A stretch of DNA of 64,000 nucleotides from Acidimicrobiaceae bacterium. Its GTDB lineage: Bacteria > Actinomycetota > Acidimicrobiia > Acidimicrobiales > Aldehydirespiratoraceae. The translations under genes and the position numbers were made by a program. How positions within the stretch are numbered: position 1 is the stretch's first letter; every line of letters starts with the position of its first letter. The DNA lies in assembly GCA_028819005.1 (NCBI GenBank), contig JAPPMP010000015.1, forward strand, positions 48,897 through 112,896, read 5' to 3'. The notes beneath the pieces are model-generated. The model saw nothing but the letters and a program-made list of their open reading frames with translations, was not told where the DNA came from and searched no databases. Positions 44,514-54,941 of this stretch are shown piece by piece.

Positions 44514-46796
44514 ATGTCGGTTGCCCCAAGCACACCAATCGAGCTTGTCAACCGGGTGTACGCCACACTCGAGCAGCGCATCGGAGATACCCGCGAACGA
44601 TTCGGCAGGCCGTTGACCCTCGCCGAGAAGATCTTGGCCAACCACCTCGACCGCCCCGATCAAGAACTCGAGCGAGGCGAGTCCTACGTCGACTACCGAC
44701 CCGACCGCGTGGCCATGCAGGATGCCACTGCGCAGATGGCATGGCTCCAGTTCATGACCACGGGGCTCGACAAGGTCGCGGCGCCGACCACCACCCACTG
44801 CGACCATCTCATCTCGGCCCGCGAAGACGGGAAAACAGACCTCCTCGCCGCGGTCGACGCCAACAAAGAGGTCTACGACTTCTTGGAATCCGTGTCGGCC
44901 AAGTACGGCGGAGGGTTCTGGAAGCCCGGTTCGGGGATCATCCATCAGGTCGTGCTCGAACAGTACGCCTTCCCCGGCGGCATGATCATCGGCACCGACA
45001 GCCACACCCCCAACGCCGGAGGCGTCGGCATGCTGGCAGTGGGCGTCGGCGGCGCTGACGCCGTTGATGTGATGACCGGTTCGCCATGGAACAGCAAATG
45101 GCCGATGCTCATCGGCGTCAAGCTGACCGGTTCCCTCAATGGCTGGGCCGCCCCCAAAGACGTGATCCTGAAGGTGGCCGAGATTCTGACCGTCAAGGGC
45201 GGGACCGGCGCGATCTTGGAGTATTTCGGGGAGGGCGCTGCATCGCTGAGCTGCACCGGCAAAGCCACCATCTGCAACATGGGCGCAGAAATCGGTGCCA
45301 CCACCTCCCTGTTCGCTTACGACGACGCCGTGGCCCGCTACCTCAAGGGCACAGGGCGCACCGAGACCGCCGACGCCGCGAACGCCGTGGCACACCACCT
45401 TCGTTCTGACGATGAGGTGCTCGACAACCCGGCCGAGTTCTATGACCGGGTGATCGAGATTGACCTCGACAAACTCACACCGCACATAAACGGCCCCCAC
45501 ACTCCAGACCTTGCCCGTGAGGTGGCCGAACTCGGCGAGGAAGCCGAAGCCAACGGCTGGCCCCTCGAGATCAGCGCAGCGCTGATCGGCAGTTGCACCA
45601 ACTCTTCCTACGAGGACATCACCCGCGCGGCGTCGATCGCTCGTGCCGCAGCGGCGAAGGGACTCAAGGCCAAGACACGTCTGCTGGTCACTCCAGGCTC
45701 CGAACAGATCCGCGCCACGATCGTGCGCGACGGTCTGCTAGCGGACTTCGAATCGCTGGGCGCGACCGTGCTCGCCAACGCCTGCGGTCCCTGCATCGGC
45801 CAGTGGGACCGATCCGCCGACTCGGGTCACCAGCGGGGCGTCCCCAATGTGATCGTCACCTCCTACAACCGCAACTTCCCAAAGCGCAACGACGGCGACG
45901 CCGAGACACTGGCGTTTGTCACCTCGCCGGAAACGGTGATCGCCCTGGCGCTGGCCGGCACGCTCGACTTCGATCCGATCGGTGACACGATCACCAACGA
46001 CGCAGGCGAGGAAGTCTCACTGGCGACGCCGATCGGCCTTGAACTTCCCGAAATAGGCTTCGACCCCGGTGACAACAAATTCGTCGCCCCACCGGCGGAC
46101 GGCTCCGACGTCGTCGTTGCGGTGTCGCCCACATCAGAACGGCTCCAACTTCTCGACGCCTTCAAACCGTGGGACGGCGACGACTACGAGGATCTCCCCG
46201 TCCTGGTCAAGGCGAAGGGCAAGTTCACCACTGACCACATTTCGATGGCTGGGCCGTGGCTGCGCTACCGCGGTCATCTTGAGAACATTTCCGGCAACCT
46301 GTTCGCCGGAGCTGTCAACGCCTTCGACGGATACGAAGTCGGGCACGGCAAGAGCCAACTCGACGGTTCAGTCAAGGCTTTCCCCGAACTCGCCAAGGAC
46401 TATCACCAAGCCGGCGTGCGCTGGGTGGTGATCGGCGATGAGAACATGGGCGAAGGATCAAGCCGAGAGCATGCAGCGATGGAACCCCGCTTCCGCAACG
46501 GGGTGGTGGCAATCGCCCGCAGTTTCGCCCGGATCCACGAGACCAACCTCAAGAAACAGGGAATGCTGCCGTTGACCTTCGCTGATCGTGCTGACTACGA
46601 CCGCATCGGCGAGGACGACCGGATCGCGGTGCGAGGTCTGGCCGGTTTGGCCCCCGATGCGCAGGTGACGGTCGAGGTGACGACTCCCGAGGGCGAGACC
46701 TGGTCGTTTATTGCCAACCACACCTTCTCGGCTGATCAGGTCGAGTGGTTCAAGGCCGGCAGCGCTCTCAACATCATCCGCCAGAGCATCGCCTGA
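44514..46796 (+). CDS. acn: aconitate hydratase (about 760-aa, mitochondrial-type architecture)
   Basis: The sequence shows [25 protein letters not shown], the Fe-S ligand regions IGTDSHTPN and [11 protein letters not shown]...[10 protein letters not shown], and a swivel domain. ATG 44514 is chosen. Confidence 0.9.
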   Translation: MSVAPSTPIELVNRVYATLEQRIGDTRERFGRPLTLAEKILANHLDRPDQELERGESYVDYRPDRVAMQDATAQMAWLQFMTTGLDKVAAPTTTHCDHLISAREDGKTDLLAAVDANKEVYDFLESVSAKYGGGFWKPGSGIIHQVVLEQYAFPGGMIIGTDSHTPNAGGVGMLAVGVGGADAVDVMTGSPWNSKWPMLIGVKLTGSLNGWAAPKDVILKVAEILTVKGGTGAILEYFGEGAASLSCTGKATICNMGAEIGATTSLFAYDDAVARYLKGTGRTETADAANAVAHHLRSDDEVLDNPAEFYDRVIEIDLDKLTPHINGPHTPDLAREVAELGEEAEANGWPLEISAALIGSCTNSSYEDITRAASIARAAAAKGLKAKTRLLVTPGSEQIRATIVRDGLLADFESLGATVLANACGPCIGQWDRSADSGHQRGVPNVIVTSYNRNFPKRNDGDAETLAFVTSPETVIALALAGTLDFDPIGDTITNDAGEEVSLATPIGLELPEIGFDPGDNKFVAPPADGSDVVVAVSPTSERLQLLDAFKPWDGDDYEDLPVLVKAKGKFTTDHISMAGPWLRYRGHLENISGNLFAGAVNAFDGYEVGHGKSQLDGSVKAFPELAKDYHQAGVRWVVIGDENMGEGSSREHAAMEPRFRNGVVAIARSFARIHETNLKKQGMLPLTFADRADYDRIGEDDRIAVRGLAGLAPDAQVTVEVTTPEGETWSFIANHTFSADQVEWFKAGSALNIIRQSIA

Positions 46797-46837
46797 ACCG
46801 GCCGCTGCGTTCTGGGCGCGGGTGAAGTGATGCGTGT

Positions 46838-48457
46838 CTAGACGAAGATGCGCACGCAGGCGTCTCCGGCCCACATGCTGAGCACACGACCCTCGGGGGT
46901 CGCGTCCGAAGTCGTTCCGCTGATCACCCCTCCCGAGGCCGGATTGGCAACCGAGAAGAGTCCGAGTTCCTCGCCTTCCATCGGCTGGAGCATCTCAAGC
47001 GAGCTCCCGTAGGCCACTTCGAGAAACCCGACCGTGGCCGAAACGCCGAGGCCGTCCTTGGTGACGAGTCCTGTTGGATCGGTGTGGCCCGAGACGTACC
47101 ACTGTCCGAAGGTGCCCGTGGACGCCGGTATGAACTCGGCGCCTTCGTCACCGTCACCGGGCTCACCGTCCGCGTCGGCGGGTATTGCAACGGGTGGATC
47201 CTGCAGGAACACCAACTCCAATTGGCCCCAGCGGACCGAGCGCGCCCCGTCTGCGCAAGCGTCGGTCGTCCCGAAATTCGTGGCACTGTCGGGAGCACCG
47301 AGGACGGATCTGATTTCATCGAGGACCGATTCCATCGGTTGCCCGAATCGGACCACGGCGCCTGTGTCGAACTGCAACCCGGTTTCGACGAGCGTGACCG
47401 GCCCCGGCGTGCCGACCGCGACCGGAGTGGTGGTCGTTGTCGTCGAAGTCGTGCTGGATGTGGTTGTTGCAGCTGACGTTGCGGCGTCGGGAGCCTCGGT
47501 CGTCTCGGGCCGGGTGCTTGTCGGTGCGGTCGTCGGCGCTGTTGTCGGAGAGGCGATCGTGGTGGGAGGTTCAGTATCTGCAGGCGCCGTGTCTTCGGTG
47601 ACCGGAGGCTCGGTCGTGCGGATGTTGGGCGAGTCGTCACCGGCGAGAAAGATGATCAACCCCCCGACCACACCGACAAGAAAGACCAGGGCCAGGGTGA
47701 TCAGAGCCTGCGATGCTCCGCTGCGAGGAGGCGGCTCGGAACCGCGGGCAGCGGCCGGCGGGCCGACCGACCCCATGACCTGCGTTGCGTCGTACTGCGG
47801 AGGATCCGAGGACGACACCTGTTCGGGGCTGGGACGCGCGGGATCAACCGGCGACTCATCGTCGAAGACCGACACCGACTCGGGCCGCGGCACATCGGGG
47901 ACGGGCACCACCGGCGTCCTCGAGGTGATCGGTTGTCCGAGGTCCTCTCGGGTGACGAAATGCGCCGAGGAGAGACTCCCTGCTCGCGCCGCTCCCGCGG
48001 CGAGGGCCGCCACACCCGTGACAGGCGACGGTTGAGCCGCCGCCGCCGAACGCGGCACAACAATCGTATCGGCCATCCCCGACGCCACACCCGCCTGCAC
48101 TATTCGATCGCGTGCCGCCCCCTGCCAGTCGTCGTCGACGATCACCGCCAAGCGGACTGGAGTCTTTTCTCCGGCCGCGGCAGCGCGGTGAATCACGAAC
48201 CCCAGGACCGCCGCCAACGCGCCGATTCTTCCTGTCGCCGCTCGTTGCAGGGGGTTCGTGACGCGAGGTCCCTCTGTGACCAGTGCTGCTTCGTCGCCGA
48301 CCAGCACAGAGCCGCCCTCACCCTGAGCGACAACCGCAGCGGCTGCAGCATCGGAATCACCCAGCACGACCACACGGGGCGGATCCGCCGATGCTGCGTC
48401 GAAACGAACCGCAGTGATGCGGGTTTCGCTGATATGCACGCCGAGGGTGTCGGTCAT
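46838..48457 (-). CDS. hypothetical membrane protein (cytoplasmic N-domain, one TM, Thr/Pro-rich linker, unknown C-domain)
   Basis: The 539-aa ORF has a TM segment ALITLALVFLVGVVGGLIIFLAG followed by a TTxPT-rich stretch. Its start overlaps the upstream HAD-PlsC stop by 4 bp. Confidence 0.6.
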   Translation of the reverse strand: MTDTLGVHISETRITAVRFDAASADPPRVVVLGDSDAAAAAVVAQGEGGSVLVGDEAALVTEGPRVTNPLQRAATGRIGALAAVLGFVIHRAAAAGEKTPVRLAVIVDDDWQGAARDRIVQAGVASGMADTIVVPRSAAAAQPSPVTGVAALAAGAARAGSLSSAHFVTREDLGQPITSRTPVVPVPDVPRPESVSVFDDESPVDPARPSPEQVSSSDPPQYDATQVMGSVGPPAAARGSEPPPRSGASQALITLALVFLVGVVGGLIIFLAGDDSPNIRTTEPPVTEDTAPADTEPPTTIASPTTAPTTAPTSTRPETTEAPDAATSAATTTSSTTSTTTTTTPVAVGTPGPVTLVETGLQFDTGAVVRFGQPMESVLDEIRSVLGAPDSATNFGTTDACADGARSVRWGQLELVFLQDPPVAIPADADGEPGDGDEGAEFIPASTGTFGQWYVSGHTDPTGLVTKDGLGVSATVGFLEVAYGSSLEMLQPMEGEELGLFSVANPASGGVISGTTSDATPEGRVLSMWAGDACVRIFV

Positions 48458-49860
48458 GATCCGTCTCCGGATCTGCCGCCCTCGCCGTGGCCTGGGGGAA
48501 ACGTGCGGGCCAACTCTTCTGGGGTCGGGTCGTGGACGACCTTTCCCTCCGCCGGATGGAGATCGAAGATCGACGACATCACCAGTTCAATGCCGTCCGC
48601 CAAGCCGACGCTGTCCGGAAGCCGGAGTGCCTCGCCCACCCTCACACGGACCTTCGGGGGGTTGACGATGTTGAACATCTTGGGGACGCGTGCTGACCGT
48701 GGCCACACATGTTCGGTGCCCCACAACGAGATCGGCACTATCGGCGCGCCAGTCATGCGCTGCAATCGGACAACACCTGGCCGACCGGTCATCTGGGGGT
48801 CGAAAAAAGCCTCACCTCGAGGAATGGTTCCCTGAGGCAGGATGACGACTGCCTCACCCGCGTCCAGCGCTTCAGCCGCCGCGACCAGCGGTGCGTCCGA
48901 ACCACTCCCGCGGTCGACGGGAATCGCCCCCATGGCCGTGGCCATAGGGCCGACCACAGGCGCGTCGAACATCTCTTTCTTGGACAGGAAGCGGGCCGGA
49001 CGGCCCCTCTTCGACAGGGCCGCTCCCAGCGCATACACGTCGAAATAGCTGCGATGATTGGCAGCGATGATCATTGGTCCCTTTTCGGGAATGTGCTTGA
49101 GCCCAGTGAATTCGAATCGGGCATAGGGCACCAGTTCGGGCCGCGCCAGCATCGCCAGAGCCCTCTGAGGTTCAATTCCAGCGAACTGTGGCACGCCTTC
49201 GGGAGAATCGAAATGGCGCACGGGCCAGCGTCGGGCTGTGGCTGCCACCGCCAACCTCGGGTCGGGGTTCACCGCGACCGGGCGTCCAACTGCTTTGAGC
49301 AACGGCAAGTCGTACCAGCTGTCGGAATACGCGTAGCTCTGAGCCATGTCGACAGCGCGGGCCTCAGCCCACTGTTGGACCGCAGCCAGTTTGCCCCTGC
49401 CCCACACGTAGTGGCCGTCAACCTCACCTTCGAACACGCCGCTGGCGCGGGCGTAGCGCGTGGCAACGATGTCGTCGAAACCGAGCGCATCGGCCAACGG
49501 GCGTACCAGGTCATCTGGGCTCGTGGTCGCAATCACAAGCTTTCTGCCCTGTTCCTGGTGCATTCTTATTTCACTACGGGCATATGGCAGAACCTCCTCC
49601 ACCAGCCTCGAAGCCGCGATCTCGCCTGCCTTGGCCACCAGCTCGGCATCCCACCCCTTCGAGAAGCGCACACCCTGTTTGGCCAGCAGCATGGAGGGTC
49701 TGGTTTCGCCAATGAGATCAAAGACGCCGAACAGCAATCCCTCGCCTGGTACCGGGCTATCCGCCAAGACTCCGATCTCGCGCAGCGCTTGCGACAACGC
49801 CGGACCCGAAGCCCCCTTCAACAGTGTCCGGTCGAGATCGAAGAAAGCGGCTGCGCTCAC
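48454..49860 (-). CDS. bifunctional-type HAD-IB hydrolase / 1-acyl-sn-glycerol-3-phosphate acyltransferase fusion (mycobacterial PlsC-like)
   Basis: It has HAD motif I AFFDLDRTL, then the acyltransferase HX4D motif NHRSYFD and the region LPQGTIPRG. GTG 49860 is preferred over ATG 49995/49962, which would collide with the divergent LysR start. Confidence 0.8.
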   Translation of the reverse strand: MSAAAFFDLDRTLLKGASGPALSQALREIGVLADSPVPGEGLLFGVFDLIGETRPSMLLAKQGVRFSKGWDAELVAKAGEIAASRLVEEVLPYARSEIRMHQEQGRKLVIATTSPDDLVRPLADALGFDDIVATRYARASGVFEGEVDGHYVWGRGKLAAVQQWAEARAVDMAQSYAYSDSWYDLPLLKAVGRPVAVNPDPRLAVAATARRWPVRHFDSPEGVPQFAGIEPQRALAMLARPELVPYARFEFTGLKHIPEKGPMIIAANHRSYFDVYALGAALSKRGRPARFLSKKEMFDAPVVGPMATAMGAIPVDRGSGSDAPLVAAAEALDAGEAVVILPQGTIPRGEAFFDPQMTGRPGVVRLQRMTGAPIVPISLWGTEHVWPRSARVPKMFNIVNPPKVRVRVGEALRLPDSVGLADGIELVMSSIFDLHPAEGKVVHDPTPEELARTFPPGHGEGGRSGDGS

Positions 49861-49970
49861 GGCGAAAGAGTAGCCGCAAAGCGGCACACAATCGCCGCTT
49901 GAGCCCCTGTCCGCAAGGCCTCTGTGATCGTTGTAACAGTTGCCTCGATTATCTGGCATCATTATCGGCG

Positions 49971-50903
49971 ATGGACCTCCGTCAGCTCCAAGCACTCCTC
50001 GCTGTCGCCGAACACCACTCCTTTTCGGCTGCCGCCCGCTCTCTGCACACCGTGCAATCCAACGTCTCCACCCATGTCGCGCGTCTTGAACGCGAAGTCG
50101 GCGCCGTCCTCATCGACAGGGAGCGCAGCGAGCTGACGACCGAAGGCGCGGTCGTCGCCGGTCGCGCCCGCCGGATGATCGCAGAGCTTCGGGCCATTGA
50201 AGACGACCTTGTAGCACTGCGTGACGAGCTGAGCGGTTCGGTGCGCGCAGGGGTGATCGGAACGACCGCTCGCTGGTTGGTTCCCGCACTGTTGGACGCC
50301 GCGACTCAGAAACACCCTCGGGTCAACCTGCAGATCATGGAGGCCACCACCACGTCGTTGGTGCCGCAGCTGCTCAGCGACCGGCTCGATATAGCAGTGG
50401 TCAACTTCCCGGTGCTCGATCCCGACATCGACACTGAGCCCCTGTTTCTCGAGGATCGGATCATCGTCGCGCCCCTCAGCCATCCTCTGGCGGAATACAA
50501 GCGGGTCGACATCGCCGACCTGGCCGATCATGAGATCTTGCTGCCGCCCAAGGGCACCGCGTTTCGCGACGAAATCGACTCCGACGCGCGCCAAGCACGG
50601 GTCAAGCTCTCCATCCGGGCAGAGGTAGACGGCCTGCGGCTCCTCTCGTCCCTCGCCTTTCAGGGTTTCGCCCCCGCTCTGGTTCCGGCCAGTGCCGCGC
50701 CTGAATGGCTGGACGGCGATTTTCGCAGAGTCCCCGTCGACGGTTTCTCGCGACGCGAGGTCGGCTTCGCGGTACGGCGCCGGTTCGCCCCTTCAGCCCC
50801 GACCCGAGCCGTCGCCAAGCTGATACGAGCGGCTGTCGCGGCCAACGGCGCGGACCAGGGCGGCCTGACTCCGGCGCCCCGAACCGGAGCGGACATCGCA
50901 TGA
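49971..50903 (+). CDS. LysR-family transcriptional regulator
   Basis: The HTH MDLRQLQALLAVAEHHSFSAAARSLHTVQSNVSTHVARLE is followed by a LysR substrate-binding domain. Confidence 0.85.
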   Translation: MDLRQLQALLAVAEHHSFSAAARSLHTVQSNVSTHVARLEREVGAVLIDRERSELTTEGAVVAGRARRMIAELRAIEDDLVALRDELSGSVRAGVIGTTARWLVPALLDAATQKHPRVNLQIMEATTTSLVPQLLSDRLDIAVVNFPVLDPDIDTEPLFLEDRIIVAPLSHPLAEYKRVDIADLADHEILLPPKGTAFRDEIDSDARQARVKLSIRAEVDGLRLLSSLAFQGFAPALVPASAAPEWLDGDFRRVPVDGFSRREVGFAVRRRFAPSAPTRAVAKLIRAAVAANGADQGGLTPAPRTGADIA

Positions 50904-52258
50904 GCAGTCCCGAAGACCGCACAGTCGACATCCGGGCGCGTGCCCAGGGCTTCGTGCGGGTGCGCTCGATCATGTTCGGCCAACGGCGTGTCGTCGAGGT
51001 CGACGCCCAAGGAGAGGACCTCGCCGGAGCGCTCTCACCCTCCGACGGGCACTCGATTGCTGCGGCTGCCCGCTACAGCCGCGAGCAGCGCCTGCCGTTG
51101 TTGATCCGGCTTGCGTCGAGCGGTGCTGATCTGCAGCAAGGCGTGGCCGCGCTCGATGGATGGGGAGGCGCAGCCCACGAGCTCACACGTTGTTCGGGCG
51201 TTGTCCCCACAATGGTGATCGTCAGCGGCCCGACCGTTTCTGGGCCGGCGCTGATGCTCGGCCTCGCGGACATTGTTGTCATGGTCAGCGATTCTTACGC
51301 CTTCGTCTCGGGGCCGGCGATGGTGAAGCAGTTCACGGGTATCCCCGTTGACAGCGCCGAACTGGGAGGACCCGACGTTCACGAGAGGATTTCCGGAGTG
51401 GCCTCGTTCGTGGCCGCTGACGTAGCCGAAGCCGAGTCGATCATGGCCGACGCCCTCAGATTCCTGCCCGACCACACCGACGCCGCAGCGCCGACTCAGA
51501 TGTGCTCGGATCCCGTTTCTCGCCCGACGCCCGAAGCCTACGAAGTGCTGCCGGAGTCGGTCAACGGTTCCTACGACTGCCGCGAGATCGTCCGTTCGGT
51601 TGTCGACGACGGCGACCTGCTCGAGCTGCACTCCCTGTGGGCCCCGAATCTGGTAACCGGATTCGCTTCAATGGGCGGTCGACCGATCGGCGTTGTCGCA
51701 AACCAGCCACAGAGCATCGCCGGCACGCTGGACGTCACCGCCTCGCGCAAGGGCGCCCGGTTTGTGGCCTTCTGCGACGCGTTCAACCTGCCGTTGCTTA
51801 CCTTCGTCGACACTTCGGGGTTCTACCCGGGCAAGGATCTCGAATGGCGGGGAATGATCCGTTATGGAGCACAACTGGCTTTCGCTTACGCCCGCGCCAC
51901 CGTCGCCCGGGTCAACGTCACCACACGCAAGTCCTACGGGGGCGCCTATATCGTCATGGACTCCAAGACCATGGGCAACGACATCGCCCTGGCGTGGCCT
52001 TCGGCGGAAATCGCGGTGATGGGAGCCAAAGGCGCGGTTGAGATTCTCCACCGACGGCGGAGCGCCGAGGAGCGTGCCGAGCTTGAATCTGCCTACGAGG
52101 AACGGCTGCTCAACCCGTACATCGCCGCCGAACGGGGCACGATCGACGCGGTGATCGACCCGGCTGAGACCCGTCAGCGGGTGTGCGCCGCCTTCGAGAT
52201 GCTCGCCGGCAAGCGAGAACGCCTCCCCCGCCGCCGTCACGACAACACGCCCCTGTAA
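50900..52258 (+). CDS. acyl-CoA carboxylase carboxyltransferase (beta-subunit-like), short N-terminus
   Basis: Carboxyl_trans regions are present (...GGPDVHERISGVASF..., ...GVVANQP...LDVTASRKGARFVAFCDAFNLPLLTFVDTSGFYPG..., YGGAYIVM). The ATG overlaps the LysR stop (ATGA). Confidence 0.8.
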   Translation: MSSPEDRTVDIRARAQGFVRVRSIMFGQRRVVEVDAQGEDLAGALSPSDGHSIAAAARYSREQRLPLLIRLASSGADLQQGVAALDGWGGAAHELTRCSGVVPTMVIVSGPTVSGPALMLGLADIVVMVSDSYAFVSGPAMVKQFTGIPVDSAELGGPDVHERISGVASFVAADVAEAESIMADALRFLPDHTDAAAPTQMCSDPVSRPTPEAYEVLPESVNGSYDCREIVRSVVDDGDLLELHSLWAPNLVTGFASMGGRPIGVVANQPQSIAGTLDVTASRKGARFVAFCDAFNLPLLTFVDTSGFYPGKDLEWRGMIRYGAQLAFAYARATVARVNVTTRKSYGGAYIVMDSKTMGNDIALAWPSAEIAVMGAKGAVEILHRRRSAEERAELESAYEERLLNPYIAAERGTIDAVIDPAETRQRVCAAFEMLAGKRERLPRRRHDNTPL

Positions 52259-52370
52259 GCTGCGTTCAACGATCCCCAAACGTTGTCTCAGTGTGCAGGT
52301 CCGGGCAATCTCCGTCTAGATTCAGATTCGGGTTCCACCTCTAGATCGGGACGCCCCGAGGAGCAGACGA

Positions 52371-53666
52371 GTGCCTGAGAGCATCACCATCACAGACAAT
52401 CGAAGCGGGAATTCGACCGAAATCCCGATCGAGAACGGAGGGATTGATGCTGCTGAGTGGCGTCGCTTCCTGCCGGGCGTCTGGTTCTCAGACCCGGGGC
52501 TGACCACGACTGCCGCAGCCACGAGCGCTATCACCGAACTTGACGGCGACAACGGTGTTCTCCGCTATCGGGGCTACCCGATCGAACAACTGGCAGAGGT
52601 GAGTTCTTTCCTCGAGGTCGCCTACCTGCTCGTCCACGGCGAACTGCCCACCCGGGCCCAGCACGACGAATGGGTGTACGAGATAACCCATCACACGTTC
52701 GTGCATGACAACTTCCGCAAACGGATCTACGACGCCTTCCACTACGACGCCCACCCGATGGGTCTGCTCACTTCCGGCGTCGCCGCCCTCTCGACCTTCT
52801 ATCCCGAGGCGAAGGAAATCGAGAACCCCAGAATTCGCATGGAGCAGATCGTCCGCTTGATCGCGAAGATGCCGACCCTGGCGGCAGCGGCTTATCGTCA
52901 TTCTCAGGGTCAGCCCTATGTCTTCCCAGACAACCTGCTCGGATACCCGGAGAATTTCCTCAACATGATGTATCGGATGGGCGGGGAATACGAGAGCCAT
53001 CCGGTGCTCGGCAAGGCGATGGAGATCTTGTTGATTCTGCACGCGGACCACGAACAGAACTGTTCGACCACCGCGGCCCGTGTCGTCGGTTCATCCCATG
53101 CCGATCCCTACACCTCGGTCGCGGCAGCCTGCGCTGCTCTCTACGGCCCGCGCCACGGCGGCGCCAACGAGGCTGTGATCAACATGCTCGACGAGATCGG
53201 CGACTACAGCAACGTTGACTCGTTCATGAAGACGGTGAAATCAGGCGAGAGCCGTTTGATGGGGTTCGGCCACCGGGTCTACAAGAACTACGACCCTCGG
53301 GCCAAGATCATCAAGAAGTCCGCCTATGACGTATTCGAGGTCACCGGCAAGAACCCGAAGCTCGATCTCGCCTTGAAGATCGAGGAGATCGCGACCAACG
53401 ACTCGTATTTCACCGACCGCAGGCTCTACCCCAACGTCGACTTCTATTCGGGTCTGATCTATCAGTCGATGGGCTTTCCGACCGAGATGTTCACGGTGCT
53501 GTTCGCCATCGGGCGGACGCCGGGATGGTTGGCTCATTGGAACGAGATGATGGAGCAGGGATCCCGAATCGCGCGGCCCCGGCAGATCTACACCGGGCCC
53601 GAGATGCGCGACTACGTGCCTCTGAGCGAGCGCAGCGAGCGCTCGACTGCCACGCGCGAGCGCTAG
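52371..53666 (+). CDS. gltA: citrate synthase
   Basis: The sequence shows LRYRGYPIEQL, HADHEQNCSTTA and GFGHRVYKNYDPRA. The start is GTG. Confidence 0.9.
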   Translation: MPESITITDNRSGNSTEIPIENGGIDAAEWRRFLPGVWFSDPGLTTTAAATSAITELDGDNGVLRYRGYPIEQLAEVSSFLEVAYLLVHGELPTRAQHDEWVYEITHHTFVHDNFRKRIYDAFHYDAHPMGLLTSGVAALSTFYPEAKEIENPRIRMEQIVRLIAKMPTLAAAAYRHSQGQPYVFPDNLLGYPENFLNMMYRMGGEYESHPVLGKAMEILLILHADHEQNCSTTAARVVGSSHADPYTSVAAACAALYGPRHGGANEAVINMLDEIGDYSNVDSFMKTVKSGESRLMGFGHRVYKNYDPRAKIIKKSAYDVFEVTGKNPKLDLALKIEEIATNDSYFTDRRLYPNVDFYSGLIYQSMGFPTEMFTVLFAIGRTPGWLAHWNEMMEQGSRIARPRQIYTGPEMRDYVPLSERSERSTATRER

Positions 53667-53694
53667 GCCGCTACGCCGGGTCCGCTGATCAGTC

Positions 53695-54912
53695 TCAGGT
53701 CGTTGGGCTGAGTCGTTCAGTCGGCGTGAATCGAACGGGCATCGACTCAACACCGGTGATGAAGTTCGAGTTGCGCCACGGCAGTTGATCCTGAGGCACT
53801 GCCATCTCAATATCGGGCAGGCGGCGCAACACTTTGGTGAACATCTCTTTCAGCTCGAGCCGGGCCAGCGAAGCGCCGAGACAGAAATGGGCGCCGAAGC
53901 CGAAGGCCAGGTGGTGATTCGGTTCGCGCTCGATGTCGAAACGAAACGGATCAACAAAATGCGCTTCGTCCCGGTTGGCCGACGGATACAGCATGATGAC
54001 GTCGGCGGCTTCGGGGATGGTCTCACCGCCGAGTTGGATTTCGGTCATCGTCGTACGGGCCATGTTCTTGATCGGCGTGACCCAGCGCAGCATCTCCTCG
54101 ACCGCAACCTCCATGCGCCCGTCCAAGTCATCCTGCAGTTTCTGGCGCTCGTCGGGGAATTCCAGCAACGCCTGCATTCCGCCGGTGATGACATGGCGGC
54201 TCGTCTCGTCGCCGCCGATGAGGATGAGCAGCGACTCCTGCACGATCGACTCGTCGTCGAGCCGTTCGCCGTCGACCTCGGCGTGGCACAGGATGCTGAC
54301 CAGATCGTCACCTGCCGGCTTGGCCCTCCGGTCAGCGATGACGCCCAGTTGAAACTCGCGAAAAGCTATCCCGGCCAACACCGACTGCTCATAGGCGGCC
54401 GGATCAGTCTCGGTTGTGCCGCGCATGAGGTCGTCGGACCACTTGAGCAGATCGTCGAAAGACTCGCGGGGGAACCCGAGCATGTCGCCGATCAGCAGCA
54501 GCGGCAACGGCGCGGCGACGTCCCACACGAAATCTGCTTCGCCCTTCTCGCAGACTCGGTCGACGATCATGTCGCAGAGCGTCGCGACCTCGCTCAGCTT
54601 GTCGCGTACCCGCCGAGGCGTGAAGCCCTTGTTGACCAGCTTGCGGCGATCAAGATGAGCCGGGTCGTCCATGGAGATCATCATCGGAAGCGGCCGGCCT
54701 TTGGGCCGAGGCGCCTTGTAGGACGAGTAGGTCCTCGGATCCCGCGAGACACTCAGGACGTCGTCGTAGCGCGCTACCGCCCAGATATCGGAGTTGGGAT
54801 CGTAGTAGACCGGCGCGTTCTGCCGCATCCAGGTCCAGTCGTCGTGTGGTTGGCTCGCATACCAATTGCCATCGAGAAGATCGACGTGTTCTAAAACCGG
54901 ATGGTTCGGCAC
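53695..54912 (-). CDS. cytochrome P450
   Basis: It has the heme-binding loop FGFGAHFCLGASLA, the EXXR motif in ...EEMLRW and the I-helix-like segment LILIGGDETS. Confidence 0.9.
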   Translation of the reverse strand: MPNHPVLEHVDLLDGNWYASQPHDDWTWMRQNAPVYYDPNSDIWAVARYDDVLSVSRDPRTYSSYKAPRPKGRPLPMMISMDDPAHLDRRKLVNKGFTPRRVRDKLSEVATLCDMIVDRVCEKGEADFVWDVAAPLPLLLIGDMLGFPRESFDDLLKWSDDLMRGTTETDPAAYEQSVLAGIAFREFQLGVIADRRAKPAGDDLVSILCHAEVDGERLDDESIVQESLLILIGGDETSRHVITGGMQALLEFPDERQKLQDDLDGRMEVAVEEMLRWVTPIKNMARTTMTEIQLGGETIPEAADVIMLYPSANRDEAHFVDPFRFDIEREPNHHLAFGFGAHFCLGASLARLELKEMFTKVLRRLPDIEMAVPQDQLPWRNSNFITGVESMPVRFTPTERLSPTT

Positions 54913-54941
54913 CGTCGTTACCTTTCTGATGCGTGTCCCGA

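Noticed and set aside
44400-45500. A 366-aa minus-strand ORF opposite aconitase. Similar large antisense ORFs lie at 41208-41996, 53785-54894, 14016-14948, 12008-12814, 48709-49902 and 26587-27546.
   Set aside because: Each lies entirely antisense to a CDS with strong family motifs, and none has recognisable domains. I interpret them as shadow ORFs of a GC-rich genome.
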